Positions 36,757-50,197 of a DNA stretch of 64,000 nucleotides are shown here, one piece after another. Under the pieces are notes generated by a model. The model saw only the letters and a program-made list of their open reading frames with translations. It searched no databases and was not told the origin of the DNA. Position 1 is the stretch's first letter. Every line of letters starts with the position of its first letter. Source of the DNA: Eledone cirrhosa (taxonomy: Eukaryota); NCBI GenBank assembly GCA_964016885.1, contig OZ024749.1:20026001-20090000 (forward strand), written 5' to 3'. The position numbers and the translations under genes are program-made.

Positions 36757-37139
36757 GTAAGTATGTTGTTGTTGTTGTTGTAGTTACTGTTGTTGTATGT
36801 TGTTGTTGTTATAGTATGTTGTTATTATAGTTGTTGTTATTATAGTTGTTATTATAGTTGTTGTTACTGTTGTTGTTGTTACTGTTGTTGTTGTCACAAC
36901 AGTTGTCATGTCACTGCCTACATTATTGCTGTTCATTCCTTCCTTTTACATACACATATTCACACACACATATTCACACAAACACACACACATATTCGCA
37001 TAAACATACACACATATTCACACAAACACACACACACACGTGTGATGGACAGATGGACTGGACAGAAGTCACACAAATTTATATATAAAGGCCCACAGGT
37101 TTAATCAACACCATATATTGTTGTTACAGTTCACACCTC

Positions 37140-37690
37140 AGTATAATTAGCTGACCACAGGCCATTTTACCTGTCAGGTATGGCGGCCTTGGCCTCCGGT
37201 CCCCGATCTCACTAGCTTTGCCGGTGTATCTTTCGTTGGTAACCTCGTGCCACCACCTCATCAGCAGGGTTCTTCAAAACACAACAGAACCCTCTGTGTT
37301 CAGAGAACATGTGGCCGCCTGTGAGACGTGGGACCGGCTGGGACTTAGCCCAGTAGACGTCCCTCCTCCTTCTCCCTCTGTTGACGTCAAGTGCCTCCAA
37401 CGCACTTGGGATGCTATCTAGTGCAGCCTGGCCTCATACAGGCTCATGCGCCAGCTCGACCAAAACCGCCTTGCTTGTTTTCATGCGGCCTCCAAACCCC
37501 ACAGGGCTACCTCCTTACTCCCCATCATAGGCACTGAGCTGGCCAGCCGCAGGTGTGAACCCCGTGAGTTGGAGTGGCTTTTCCAGCGCGTTTCCCTTGC
37601 TGTCCATGGGGAAACGCCTTCTCCATTCTGTCCGCCGGGGCTGTGGGTAGTCCCCATCGTGTACCGTTGTAGTTGTAGAAGAAACAGGCA
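37140..37690 (+). mobile_element. Degenerate CRE/NeSL-like non-LTR element remnant
   Basis: GC-rich patch encoding RLACFHAASKPH and WLFQRVSLAVHG(NA), similar to the FQRLSVAIQRGNA C-terminus of RLE-type LINEs. Confidence 0.5.
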
Positions 37691-38904
37691 GACAACAGCT
37701 GGAAACTACATGGTGGGTACTGAAAATTTAATTAAAGCTGCCCAATTATTTTGAAAACGATATGTACATCCTTCTATCTCTCTATCTATCTATATCGATC
37801 TATCTATTTAATTGTTATACTTAAAGAAATCTGATCTTTGTTAAGAGACATGATTATAGTTCCAAACATATTTTTATCTTAGTAGTATCAGAATATAACA
37901 ATTTAAAGAATTCTTTATTACTGTAAAAAAAAAAAAAAAAAAAATACCAATGAGATTGTATCTCATAATTGTTTCTACTTTTGGCACAAGACCAGCGATT
38001 ACCCAGTGCATTACTGGTACTTTATTTTATCGACCCCGAAAGGATGAAAGGCAAAGTTAACCTCGGCGGGATTTGATAAAAATAATTGTTTCTACTTTTG
38101 GCACAAGACCAGCGATTACCCAGTGCATTACTGGTACTTTATTTTATCGACCCCGTAAGGATGAAAGGCAAAGTTAACCTTGGTGGGATTTGAACTCAGA
38201 ATGGCAAGGGCCGTAACTATACGTCAAAGCATGGCATCCGACCCTCTACCGATACTGCCAATTCACCGCCTAATTTGTATCTCATATGGAGGCACATGGC
38301 TTAGTGGTTAGAGCATTGGCCTTGCAATCGAAAGGTTTTGAGTTCAATTCTCAGACCGGGTGCTGTGTTGTTTCCTTGAGCAAGACACTTTATTTCACAT
38401 TGCTCCAGTTTACTCAGCTGTAGAAATGAGATGATAGGGACTGGGGCCCATATCATTCCACTGCAAAGTGGTCGTGGAGGTGCCACGGAAAAAAAAAAAA
38501 GCACCCAGGACTCACTGTAAATGAGGTTGGTGTTAGGAAGGGCATCCAGCTGTAGAAATCAAGCCAGAATCAGTTCCCGTCTCACCCTTGCAAGCAGGGA
38601 AAAAGCGAATGTAAAATGATGATGATGATGAATGAGGTTTCTTAAGTGTTTTAATGATAGGGGCCTTAGTCCTATCATGGAAAAGCAATGTAAAGTGAAG
38701 TGTCTTATTCAAGAACACAATACACTGCCTCGTCCAGGAATCAAACCCATGATCTTGAGATTGTGAAGCTAACGCCCTAACCAATGGGCCACAGATCTTC
38801 ACATATTGGTTCATCTGGTGGTTCAGGGTTAAGTGGAGGAGGAAGTTTGTTGAGAGAGATTTGACTGTTACATTGAGGAAGTCAAGTAGTTATATATTGA
38901 GAAA

Positions 38905-39515
38905 TTGTTGTGGTGGTGTGGTGTGGTGTGGTTGTGGTGGTGTGGGGGTGCGGTGTGGTGATGGTGGGGTGTGGTGGGGGTGGTGGGGGTGTAGTGTGAT
39001 GGTGGTGGTGTGGTGGTTGTGGTGTGGTGGTGGTGGTGGTACGGTGTGGTGATGGTGATGGTGGTGGTGTGGTGGTAGTGGTGGTGTGGTATGGTGGTGT
39101 GGTGGTGTGGTGGTGGTGTGGTGTGGTGTGGTGTGGTTGTGGTGGTTATGTGGTGTGGTGATGGTGGTGGTGGTGTGGTGGTGGTGGTGATGGTGATGGT
39201 GGTGGTGGTGTGGTGGTGGTGGTGTGGTATGGTGTGGTGATGGTGGTGTGGTGGTGGTGTGGTGTGGTGTGGTGGTGGTGTGGTGGTGGTGGTGTGGTGT
39301 GGTGATGTCATTGTGATGGTGATGGTGTGGTGATGGTGATGGTGTGGTGATGATGATGGTGTGGTGATGGTGATTGTGATGGTGTGTGATGGTGGTTATG
39401 TGGTGATGGTATTGTTTGTGGTGTTTGTAGTAGTGTTGATGCTGGTGGTGGTGTTGAGGACAGGGGGGGAGTGATGTTTGTAGTGGTGTTGTTGTTCTTG
39501 GTGCTGGTGGTGTTG
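38905..39515. repeat. (GGT/GTGTG)n low-complexity block
   Basis: Direct reading. Confidence 0.95.
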
Positions 39516-40043
39516 TATATATATATATAATGTTTATACCAGTGATAGTCGGTGCACTTGGAGTAATTAAAAAGGGTTTCTGAAAAATATTTGGACCGGA
39601 GACCTGGAAAACCATCTCTGCAAGAGATACAGAAAATAGCGTTGACTGGGTACTGCCCATGTTCTGAGAAGGGCATTATTGATTTTAAAAAAGACATTTA
39701 CTTATGCTTTGCCCTTCTGGCATCATTTGTGTGACAATTGAGTGTAAATTATGTGTATTATCAAATGTTACCTCAGGTGCCAGGTTGACACACAGCATTA
39801 TTTGGAAAGAAGCAGAACTGAAAGGAAGTTTCAAATAATAATAATAATAATTGTTTCTACTTTTGGCACAAGACCAGCGATTACCCCAGTGCATTACTGG
39901 TACTTTATTTTATCGACCCCGTAAGGATGAAAGGCAAAGTTAACCTCGGCGGGATTTGAACCCAGAATGGCAAGGGTCGTAACTCTATGCATCAAAGCAT
40001 GGCGTCTGACCCTCTACCGATATTGCCAATCCACCGCCCTTAA

Positions 40044-40088
<45 letters not shown>

Positions 40089-40619
40089 TGTTTCTACACA
40101 AGGCCAGCAATTTGAAGGGGAGGTGGGGGAGTCGATTAAACAACCCCAGTGCATTACTGGTACTTTATTTTATCAACCCCCGTAAGGATGAAAGGCAAAG
40201 TTAACCTCGGCGGGATTGGAACTCAGATCATAAAGGGCCATAACTCTATGCTGCAAAGCATGTCGTCTGACCCTCTACCGATACTGCCAATCCACCACCC
40301 TTAAAATAATAATAATAATAATAAAAATAAAAATAATAATAATAATCATCATCATCATCACCGTTTAACATCCATTTTCCACGCTAGCTAGTATTAATAA
40401 TTACATAAAAGAAAAAAAAAACAGTTTAATAGCTTTTCTGTTTGTCAATAGCACCAGCTTGTGTTCACACCTCCATATAGGGCTTTTATAGCTTCTCTAC
40501 TCATTGTCTTTCTTGCTTGATGTCATTTAATTAAGTAATTAAGTATTTAATATTAATATAACAAAAATGGTAATGACAATGATGATAATAATTGGATTGA
40601 TTGTAGTAGCAGTAGTAAT

Positions 40620-41080
40620 AATAATTTCTTTATTAGCCACACAGGGTTCACATTAAGGAAACATTAAAGATGATACAGGATGATACAGTCAGGGTTTTTC
40701 TTTGTGTAAAATAAGATTTATAAAAAAGACTAAGAAAATAAACATTTAAAACAAACATAACAACTTCCCCAAATTTGAAGAGACTCTAAGGGTCACTCGT
40801 GTAGAACTCCCACAAAAGCCATGGTCACCTTGTCCACTAGAAGGTGCCCTCCCAGTTTTTCTACTCCAATCTACAGGCGTATGCTGAAGGCAGGTCCATT
40901 CACACGGACCATACTCGCCATTCTCCCCTACCTTTCAACAAACTGGTTGGAAGGCAGCCCTCCCCTCTCCACCCTGATTTTCCTCTACAAGTGAAATCTG
41001 AAAAAGTTAATCAGGGCTTTGCCAAAGAGGAAAATGGCTGCGTTCAACCCTTTCAAATGCATCCTCCACACAACCTCTTT
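40620..41080 (-). mobile_element. Probable LINE 3'-end remnant (related pieces at 45700-46140 and 50310-50770)
   Basis: Shared TTTCTTTATT(A/G)GCCACA end and CCATTCAC.CGG.CCAT.CTCG motif in three diverged copies; clade uncertain (L1/Tx1-like). Confidence 0.5.
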
Positions 41081-41216
41081 CGCCATGGCCTGGTTTCTGA
41101 TTTAGGCAGAAGGTTAACAATTTTTGAGGGGAGGGGGAGAGTTGATTAAATCATCCCTAGTCTGTTACTGGTACTTTAATATTAATAGTAATGATGATAA
41201 TAATAATAATAGATGT

Positions 41217-44200
41217 CATCATCATCATCATCATCATCATCACCGTTTTACGTCCGTTCTTCCACGCTAGCATGGGTTAGACGGGTTGTCCTGTTGTGGG
41301 CAGTGTCTGGTCGGCTGACCATGCCTTGCTCATACAGGAACTGATCTGGCTTGATTTCTACAGCTGGATGCCCTTCCTAACACCAACCTCATTTACAGTG
41401 AGTGCTGGGTGCTTTTTCGTGGCGCCTACACGTCCACTTTACAGTGTGGGCTGGGTGCTTTTTTTGCCGTGGCACCTCCACGACCACCTTGCGGTGGGGG
41501 GAGTGGGGGCATATTGTTTATATGCTTCAGCATGTACCCATGGGAGGTCGGGTACCCTGTATTACTGCGTGACGCCAGAAGTCACGGTCGTGTGTCATTG
41601 TCTTTGAGAGGTGTAGTTGGGTAAGGTCGGCTTTTATCACCTCATCCCAAGTCATCTTGGGTCTCCCCACTCCGCGGTTTCCATCAACTTCTAGTGCTCT
41701 GCACCTTTTTATGCAGCTGTCATCCTTCATACGCATCACATGTCCATACCAGCGTAACCGCCTCTCCTGCACGCAGCATTTGATTCCTCTTATGCTCAGT
41801 CTCTCTCTCAATTCATTTATGCTTTGTCATTCACGTATATTACTGTTACACATCCATCGGAGCATGCAGGCTTCGTTTCTCTCTAATCTACGTAAGTCTT
41901 CCACCTTCAGCGCCCAGGTCTCACTACCATGCAACATCGCTGTTCGGATACACGCATCATACAGTCTGCCTTTCATTCTGAGGGAGAAGCCTTTTGCAGC
42001 TAGCAGTGGTAGTAGTTCCCTAAACTTCTTCCATCCCGTTCTTACCCTAGTTATTGTACTTTCTGAGCACCCACCTCCGTTGCTAATTCGGTCACCTAGG
42101 TAGCAGAAGCTGTCTACTGTTTCTACAGGGCCCTCCCAGAGATTGGTGGTACTTGTTTCCTGTGGCTGTTTGCTTGCTGTTTCAGCACAGCTGCTGCATG
42201 TGAATCCTACATTCTTAATTAAGCTTCCTGAGATCCCGCTACATCTCTTGTGTACCCATTGTTTGCATTTGGGGCAGAGAATGGAGTTCCTACCTACACC
42301 TTTCCTACATACTGAGCAAGGCCATTTCCCTGAGGGGATCTGGGTTCTGTTTTCTCGTCTACTTACAAGGACCTTAGTCTTTGTCATGTTGACTTTGAGG
42401 CCCTTTCTCTCTAGTCCCTGCTTCCAGGTTTGGAATTTATTCTCTAGTTCTACCATAGATTCAGCTATGAGTGCGAGGTCATCAGCATACAGGAGTTCCC
42501 ATGGGCATCCGGTCTTAAACTCCTCCGTTATTGCCTGCAGGACTATGATGAACAGGAGAGGGCTAAGAACAGAGCCCCGGTGGACCCCAACCTGAACGCT
42601 AAATTCCTCGCTATACTCATTGCTAATCCTAACTTTGCTGACTGCTCCCCTATACATGGCTTGTACCGCTTTCACAAGCCATTCATCTACTCCTAGTTTT
42701 CTAAGAGCCCACCAGATTACTGCACGTGGAACTCTGTCAAAGGCTTTCTCAAGGTCGACAAATGCCAAGTAGAGTGGCTTACTTTTAGCTAGGTACTTTT
42801 CCTGTAATTGCCTCACAAGGAAGAGGGCATCAGTGGTGCCTCTCCCTGGTACAAACCCAAATTGCATCTCGTCTATATTCACCCGGTCCCTAATCAGCTG
42901 TGCTATAACTCTTTCTGTTACTTTCATGACCTGGTCCATCAACTTTATACCTCTATAGTTTCCTCTATCTAGTGCATCGCCTTTACCTTTGTAGCAGTTG
43001 ACAATGAAGCTACTGCACCAATCTTTTGGTATGGCCCCTTCTAGTATTACCTGGTTAACGATACGTGTGGTTATAGTGTGACCTACAGACCCAGATGCCT
43101 TCAGCATCTCGGCAGCTATACCCAATGGACCGGTTGCCTTCCCCATCTTCATATCTCTGATTGCCTTACTTACTACGCTGCCGCTGACTTGTACTGCTGG
43201 TCCCTCTATAGGGTCTACATGGGGTAGGGTCTCTTCTTCCCATGCATTCTCCTCATTTAGTAATCTATCATAATGACTCTTCCATGCATCTTTCTTCTCA
43301 GCACTTGTGAGGGCAAGCTCACCTTTATCATTCCGGATACACTTCTCTCCAATGACATCACAACTATCTCTGACACACTGCCTCGCAATCTTGAATACCT
43401 CCTGTTTCTGGTCCTCGCGTTGTAAAACATGCTTGAATTTTCTATCCTCTGCTTCCCTCCTAGCTAAGTATACTTGTCGCCTAGCTTCCCTCTTGGTCTC
43501 TATGTAATGTACCCTGCTCCCCCCGTTCTTCCATTCTTTCCATGCCTGTCTCTTGGCCTTGACTGCTTCATCTACCTTATTGTTCCACCACCAAGTCACT
43601 CTCCTCCTGCTTGAGGTCTTACTCCAGCCACAAACCTCATCCGTCGCCTCTAGTAAGTTATTTTTTAGGAACTCCCAATTCTCTTCTACGTTAAATGTCT
43701 CTATCTGTTCTTCTTTATTGTCGTAGGCGTTGAGTAAAAGATCTTTAAATCTGTTACTGGTTGAGGGGACTTTCAGCTTCCAGATCTTTCTTCTCCAGGT
43801 TGGCCTCTGTTTCAGGGCTCGTCTAGTTCTGACCGTGAGGTCGCTGACAACTAAGCTATGTTGGGATGTACATTCCTCACTAGGGAAGGCTTTTGTGTTT
43901 ACGACCGTCCATCTGTCACGTCCTCTGATGAGGATAAAATCTAACTGACTAGAGTGCTCCCCTGATCTATAGGTGATCAGGTGGTTGTCGGGTTTTTTCA
44001 AGTTTGTGTTACATATCGACATGTCATTGGCGTCGCAGAATTCTAGAAGTCTGAATCCTTCCTCATTCCTTGTGCCAACTCCATGGCCTCCATGTACTCT
44101 ATTGAAGCCGTCGCAGTGTTTACCTACGTGTCCGTTAAAATCTCCTGCAATGATTAGGAAGTCCTTGTCGTCTGTTAGAGCAGTCGTGTGTATTAGGGAC

Positions 44201-44760
44201 TCGTAAAACCTATCCTTAAGTTTGTCTGGCAGCCCCGATTGGGGTGCGTAAGCTGATATTATTGTGGTAATTGTCTTATTCAGGACTAGTCTGAGTTTAA
44301 TGATTCTTGCATTTACCCTGTACACTGAGATTACTTTATCTACCCACTTGTCAGCTAGTAGTATACCTACACCACCCATCCCATCGTCATTTCCCACCCA
44401 GAAAAATTTGTAGCACTGGCTTTTTCCTACAATGACTCTAGCAGACCCTCCTCTCCATCTAGTCTCTTGCACACAGCATACATCAACTTCCTTTCGCTAT
44501 AGCATTTCTATGATTTCTCCTGCTCTTCCTTTCATTGAGCCTACATTGATGGTACCAACTCGGAGTTTTGGCCATTTGTCGACACTCGTAGGGGAGGGTC
44601 TCTGGGTTGGCGCTTCACGTGGGTTCTTGGTAGCTCGCAGATTCATATTTCATCTATTGATTCAGAGTTGCTCAAATGTATTCTCAGCTCATCCATCCAT
44701 AACGGTGGGAAAATTGAGGGCTAGAAGAACAGTGGTGGTGGGGTAATGGCAGGGTGTGTT
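41217..44760 (-). mobile_element. Near-full-length RTE-clade LINE (family B), antisense in a METTL4 intron
   Basis: ORF from an ATG near 44646 to 41527, with in-frame stops near 44498 (TAG) and 41827 (TGA); APE, RT (YADD) and PHD-like insert; (TGA)n tail. Confidence 0.97.
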
Positions 44761-44891
44761 GGGATGCGCCAGAGGAGGAGAGAGTTAGTTAGGCAGGTAG
44801 TAGCAGCAGCAGTGGAAATGGCATGCTAGGTTTGATTGGTCGAATAGACTATGGTGGTGTGTGGGGGTGGGGGGGGGGAGGGAGCTTGTGA

Positions 44892-45476
44892 GGTAGGAAC
44901 TGAGGGTCGCATGGTAAATAACTGAGAGAGATACAATAGAATTAGAATACCGCATGGTAAATATCCAAGTTAATACTACATCAGTAAAATTAACAATAAT
45001 AACGTCATGAAAACGACTAAGAAAAACCCTCGAAAATTTATCGCTAATACAGCAGGGAACATCATTAATATTAACAACAATATGTAGGCTAAAATACCTT
45101 CGGAGATTAGTGAGAGTGGATGGATGGCTGGAACAATTGGAATCAACTCTAGTGATACATTTTAGCAGAGAAGAATGGGAAAGTGTCTTATCTCTTCAAT
45201 ATTTTCAGATTGAATGAATTAGGTTGAATAGGTTAAAGACAGGGTAGTAAACCTTAAAGAGATGCATAGAGAGGAGGGGGGGTAGGAACTGAGAGTCGCA
45301 TGGTAAATAACTGAGAGAGATACAATAGAATTAGAATACCGCATGGTAAATATCCAAGTTAATACTACATCAGTAAAATTAACAATAATAACGTCATGAA
45401 AACTACTAAGAAAAACCCTCGAAAATTTATCGCTAATACAGCAGGGAACATCATTAATATTAACAACAATATGTAG
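44892..45476. repeat. Two near-identical 195-bp direct repeats upstream of the RTE-B ORF
   Basis: GGTAGGAACTGAG...CAATATGTAG at 44892-45087 and 45281-45476. Confidence 0.9.
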
Positions 45477-46154
45477 TATATGGTAGTAGTAATAATAATT
45501 GTTTCTACTTTAGGCACAAGGCCAGTAATTATCCAGTGTATTACTGGTACTTTATTTTGTCGACCCCGTAAGGATGAAAGGCAAAGTTAACCTCGGCGGG
45601 ATTTGAACTCAGAATGGCAAGGGCCGTAACTCAATGCGTCAAAGCATGGCGTCCGACCCTCTACCGATACTGCCAATCCACCACCCTTAGTAGTAATAAT
45701 AATGATTTCTTTATTGGCCACAAAGACTGACATAAAAAAAAACATTACAGACGGCACAGGACAACACAGGACGGTACAATGTGGGTTTTGTGCGTGTAAA
45801 GATTTTTATTATTTATATAAGAAAAGAAAAAGAAAAAGACATAGAAACATATATTTATAAACAATAAAAATGAAAATTTTAAATAATGAAAAATTCCCCA
45901 ATAGGGGGGAAACCTCCAAGGGTTACTCGTGGCGAAAACCACACAAAAGACCATGGACACCCTGACCACCAGGGCAAGCGGCCTCTCTCAATTTTTTTCC
46001 ATTTCTCAAACTACAGGTGTATATTCAGAGCGGTCCCATTCACTCGGACCATTCTCGTTACATTCACCCACCTTTCAACAAACTTGCTAGAAGGCAGCAA
46101 TTGCCTCTCCACCCTGATGCTTTCTTTATTAACCACAAGGGTTAATGGGAATGT

Positions 46155-46603
46155 GGATGATGATTATAATTATGATGATGATGATTATAATGATGATGAT
46201 TATGATGATGATCATGATGATGATCATGATGATTATTATAATGATGATGATAATGATGATGAGTATAATGTTGATGATAATGATGATGATAATGATGATG
46301 ATGATAATGATGATGATTATAATGATGATGATGATGATGATGATTATAATGATGATGAGTATAATGATGATGATAATGATGATTATAATGATGATCATGA
46401 TCATGATGATTATAATGATGATCATGATCATGATGATTATAATGATGATGATGATGATGATGATTATAATGATGATGATGATGATGATGATGATTATAAT
46501 GATGATGAGTATAATGATGATTATAATGATGATGATAATGATGATCATGATCATGATGATTATAATGATGATCATGATCATGATGATTATAATGATGATG
46601 ATT

Positions 46604-46666
<63 letters not shown>

Positions 46667-46756
46667 ATAATGATGATGATGATGATTATAATGATGATTA
46701 TAATGATGATGATTATAATGATGATGATGATGATGATTATAATGATGATGATTATA

Positions 46757-46810
<54 letters not shown>

Positions 46811-47005
46811 GTGATTATAATGATGATGATGATGATTATAATGATGATTATAATGATGATGATTATAATGATGATGATGATGATGATTATAATGATGATG
46901 ATGATAATGATGATGATTATAATGATGATGATGATAATGATGATGATTATAATGATGATGATGATGATGATGATAATGCTTATAATGGTAATGGGGATGA
47001 TAATA
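46155..47005. repeat. Long imperfect (GAT)n microsatellite
   Basis: Direct reading. Confidence 0.95.
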
Positions 47006-47491
47006 ATTGTTTCTGTTTATGGCACAAGGCCTCCAGTTTGAAGGAGAAGGGAGAGTCGATTAAATTGACCCCAGTGCATTACTGGTGCTTTATTTATTGA
47101 CCATGTAAGGATGTAGGCAAAGTTAACCTCAGCAGGATTTGAACTCAGAACCCACATAAGGCTAGCAATTTGATGGGAGGAGAAAGTTGTTTACATGGAC
47201 CCCAGTGCATTACTGGTACTTTATTTTATTGATGAAAGGTAAAGTTGACCTTTGTAGGATTTAAACTCACAATGTAAAGGGACGTAATGATAATATTGGT
47301 TTCTGATTTAGGCACAAGGCTAACAAATATGAGGGAGGGGAAAGTTGATTAAATCGACCCAGTGCATTACTGGTACTTTATTTATTGAGCCCAGAAGGAT
47401 GAAAAGCAAAGCTAACCCCAGCAGGATTTGAACTCTCAATGTATAGAGCTGGGATGTATTTTTTCTCAAATGATATGGCCAATCCACTAAT

Positions 47492-48360
47492 CTCCTTATA
47501 ATATATAACCAGCAATTTCTCTGTTTGTCTGTCTGTCCGACAGTGGAAACACGTGCGCACGTGCGAATGTTTTTTGCGCACGCGTAGAGTGAGAGTGAAA
47601 GAAAGAGACAGACTACGAGAGGGGGATAGCGGGAGGAAGAGAGGGAGAGAGAGAGAGTGAATAGACGCTAAAACACGTGCATGTGTGCGAATTTTTTTTG
47701 CGCACGCGTAGAGAGAGAGTGAGAGTGAAAGAAAGAGACAGACTACAAGAGGGGGATAGTGGAAGGGAGAGAAGGGGGAATTGAGGAGTGCTACAGAAAC
47801 ATATATACATTTCTGTGTGTGTGTAATATATATATATATACACACACAGAAATATATATATATACACACAGAAATATATATACATTTCTGTGTGTGTAAT
47901 ATATATATATATATATACACACACAGAAATATATATACATTTCTGTGTGTGTAATATATATATATATATACACACACACAGAAATATATATACATTTCTG
48001 TGTGTGTAATATATATATAGACTAGCAGAAAACCACCCAGTGGGCGGTTTTCTGCTAGTCTATATATATAAAACTGAAGATGTCTGTCTGTCTGTGTGTG
48101 TGTGTGTCTGTGAGTTTGAATCCTTAAAACTCGAGAAAGAATTCTATAGACTTCTGACTGAGGAATGCTCTCAAAACTAACCAATGGGAAGTTTGACACT
48201 TTTTTTGCTATTTTGTTCCTTTACCACCTTGTTCCTTCTACCACTTTATCAATTTTTTAAGCTAACTCCAACAATAACAACACTTAGAATGAGGAATGTT
48301 CTAACAACTGACCAATGAGAGGAGAAGAGGCCCTTTGACACTGAAATTCGTTTGTTTGAA
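47492..48360 (+). mobile_element. Two tandem non-autonomous Helitron-like elements
   Basis: 5' TCTCCTTATAATATATAA..(TCTG)n; 3' hairpin ACCACCCAGTGGGCGGT plus TTTCTGCTAG ending at 48058; a second 5' end TCTATATATATAAAA..(TCTG)n starts at 48059. Confidence 0.65.
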
Positions 48361-48480
48361 TTCATATGATTCCAGTTCCTCAGAGAAATAACAACCTAAC
48401 CAGGAACTGGACATATCACAGTATTGACAAAATTATACACCTCAACAACATATGTACTTGTCTATACCACACTAATTCGA

Positions 48481-48535
48481 ACTGCCTGAAGAGGTCACAG
48501 CCAAAGATGGCTGTCACTGAAATATATATAGCAGT
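48481..48535 (+). ncRNA. Type I hammerhead ribozyme, sense to METTL4 pre-mRNA
   Basis: ACTGC-CTGAAGA-GGTCACAGCCA-AAGA-TGGCTGTCACT-GAAA-TATATA-TA-GCAGT, followed by AATAAA. Confidence 0.88.
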
Positions 48536-48681
48536 AATAAACGAAGCTAAATTTTAAACATTTGACTTTTTATTTAACTTTATTTTACATTACTCCGGAG
48601 TAACCAAACCAACCTGCGCACTTTGTCGAGTGCTCCAGCCTGCATACTGAGGTGTTGGTATACAACCAACATACACTCAAA

Positions 48682-48736
<55 letters not shown>

Positions 48737-49866
48737 TAGAGCGATATATATATAAATAGATAGAGTGATATATATATGTATATATATAAAATATATATAT
48801 ATACATATATCATTCACATACACACATATATATATATATTATATATCTATATATATTTGTTATATATCTGTTATATATCTCTATCTATATATTCATTTGT
48901 TAATATTTTGAATAATATTTAAAACTCCAGGAAAACTTTTACTGTTGAGTGCTTTTAATCTATTGTAAAATTGTATTCATTGAGTAATCAACGAAACCAT
49001 ATTAATCTTTGGTCATATATCTATATATATATATATATATATAATAAAACATATTTTGATTATGTGAATGTCTTCATTTATTAATATTTTGAATAATATT
49101 AATAACTCCAGAAAACTTCATTGTAGAGTGCTTTTAACCTATTGTAAAACTATACTCATTGAGTAATCAATGAACCATATTAATCTTTGGTTATATATAT
49201 ATATATATATATATATATACTCCCCGCATCACAGTCCGGGTTATTTGCGGAATTTTCCTCAGAACCTAACTAATAATTGTTTGTGGAAACCACCTCATAT
49301 TCGCGGAATCGTAAATATCTTCCGTGATTTTTTATGCCTTTTCGTGGCAATATATATTTTTTCATACTTTTTACATTAAATTATTAACCCTTTAGCAATC
49401 ACATTACTTTATATATATACTATTATATTTTCATGGTAAATGCTTTACCTCACATAACATTCACATTACTCTATATATACTATTATATTTTCATGGTAAC
49501 GGCTTTATCTCACATAATTATCTCACACAATATCGAATATATGAGATTTTGAAAGTATTTATTTTGAGAACAATACCTTAACATCAGTTTGAGTGACCAA
49601 TTATAGCCAGTTTCAACAGAAAAAGGTAGAGAATTCTGGCCGGTTTTGGCCGGTTTGAACACTAAAGGGTTAATAACAATATACCATATTTGCCGGCATT
49701 TTACATTATGTTTTGATGTTTATAGGCATTTTTATGGACCACGTCCAATATTCGCGGGGTTTTTCACTCTTCACGGGTGTTCTAGGAACATAACCTCCAC
49801 AAATACCAGGGGTGGGTGTAGGGGCAACTGTGTATATATATATATCTGTATATATATATATATATA

Positions 49867-49901
<35 letters not shown>

Positions 49902-49909
<8 letters not shown>

Positions 49910-50197
49910 AAAAAAAGATGAAATCGAAAATGCAACTGGAGTCTTATTTTTTAAAAAATATATATATTTATTTGGTTCCTTTACCGGTTTCGCAGTTCTT
50001 CTGCTTTTCAAAAGTAGAGTTGAGATGGAGGGTCTGTGGTTTTTCTCACAGATGTGAAAAACCACAGACCCTCCATCTCAACTCACCTTTTGAAAAGAGA
50101 AGAACTGCGAAATCGGTAAAGGAACCAAATAAATATATATATTTTTTTAAAAATAAGACTCCAGTTGTATTTTCGATTTCATCTTTTTTTCTTTATA
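49902..50197. mobile_element. Fold-back element with mirrored U3-A8 hammerheads (49978-50015 minus, 50086-50122 plus)
   Basis: Arms of about 145 bp centred near 50050; consensus CCTT-TTGAAAA-GCAG-AAGAA-CTGC-GAAA-CCGG-TA-AAGG. Confidence 0.8.

Noticed and set aside
45886-47100. 404-aa Asp-rich ORF resembling acidic shell proteins
   Set aside because: It is an antisense LINE remnant fused to a (GAT)n microsatellite, with a SINE end supplying the C-terminus.
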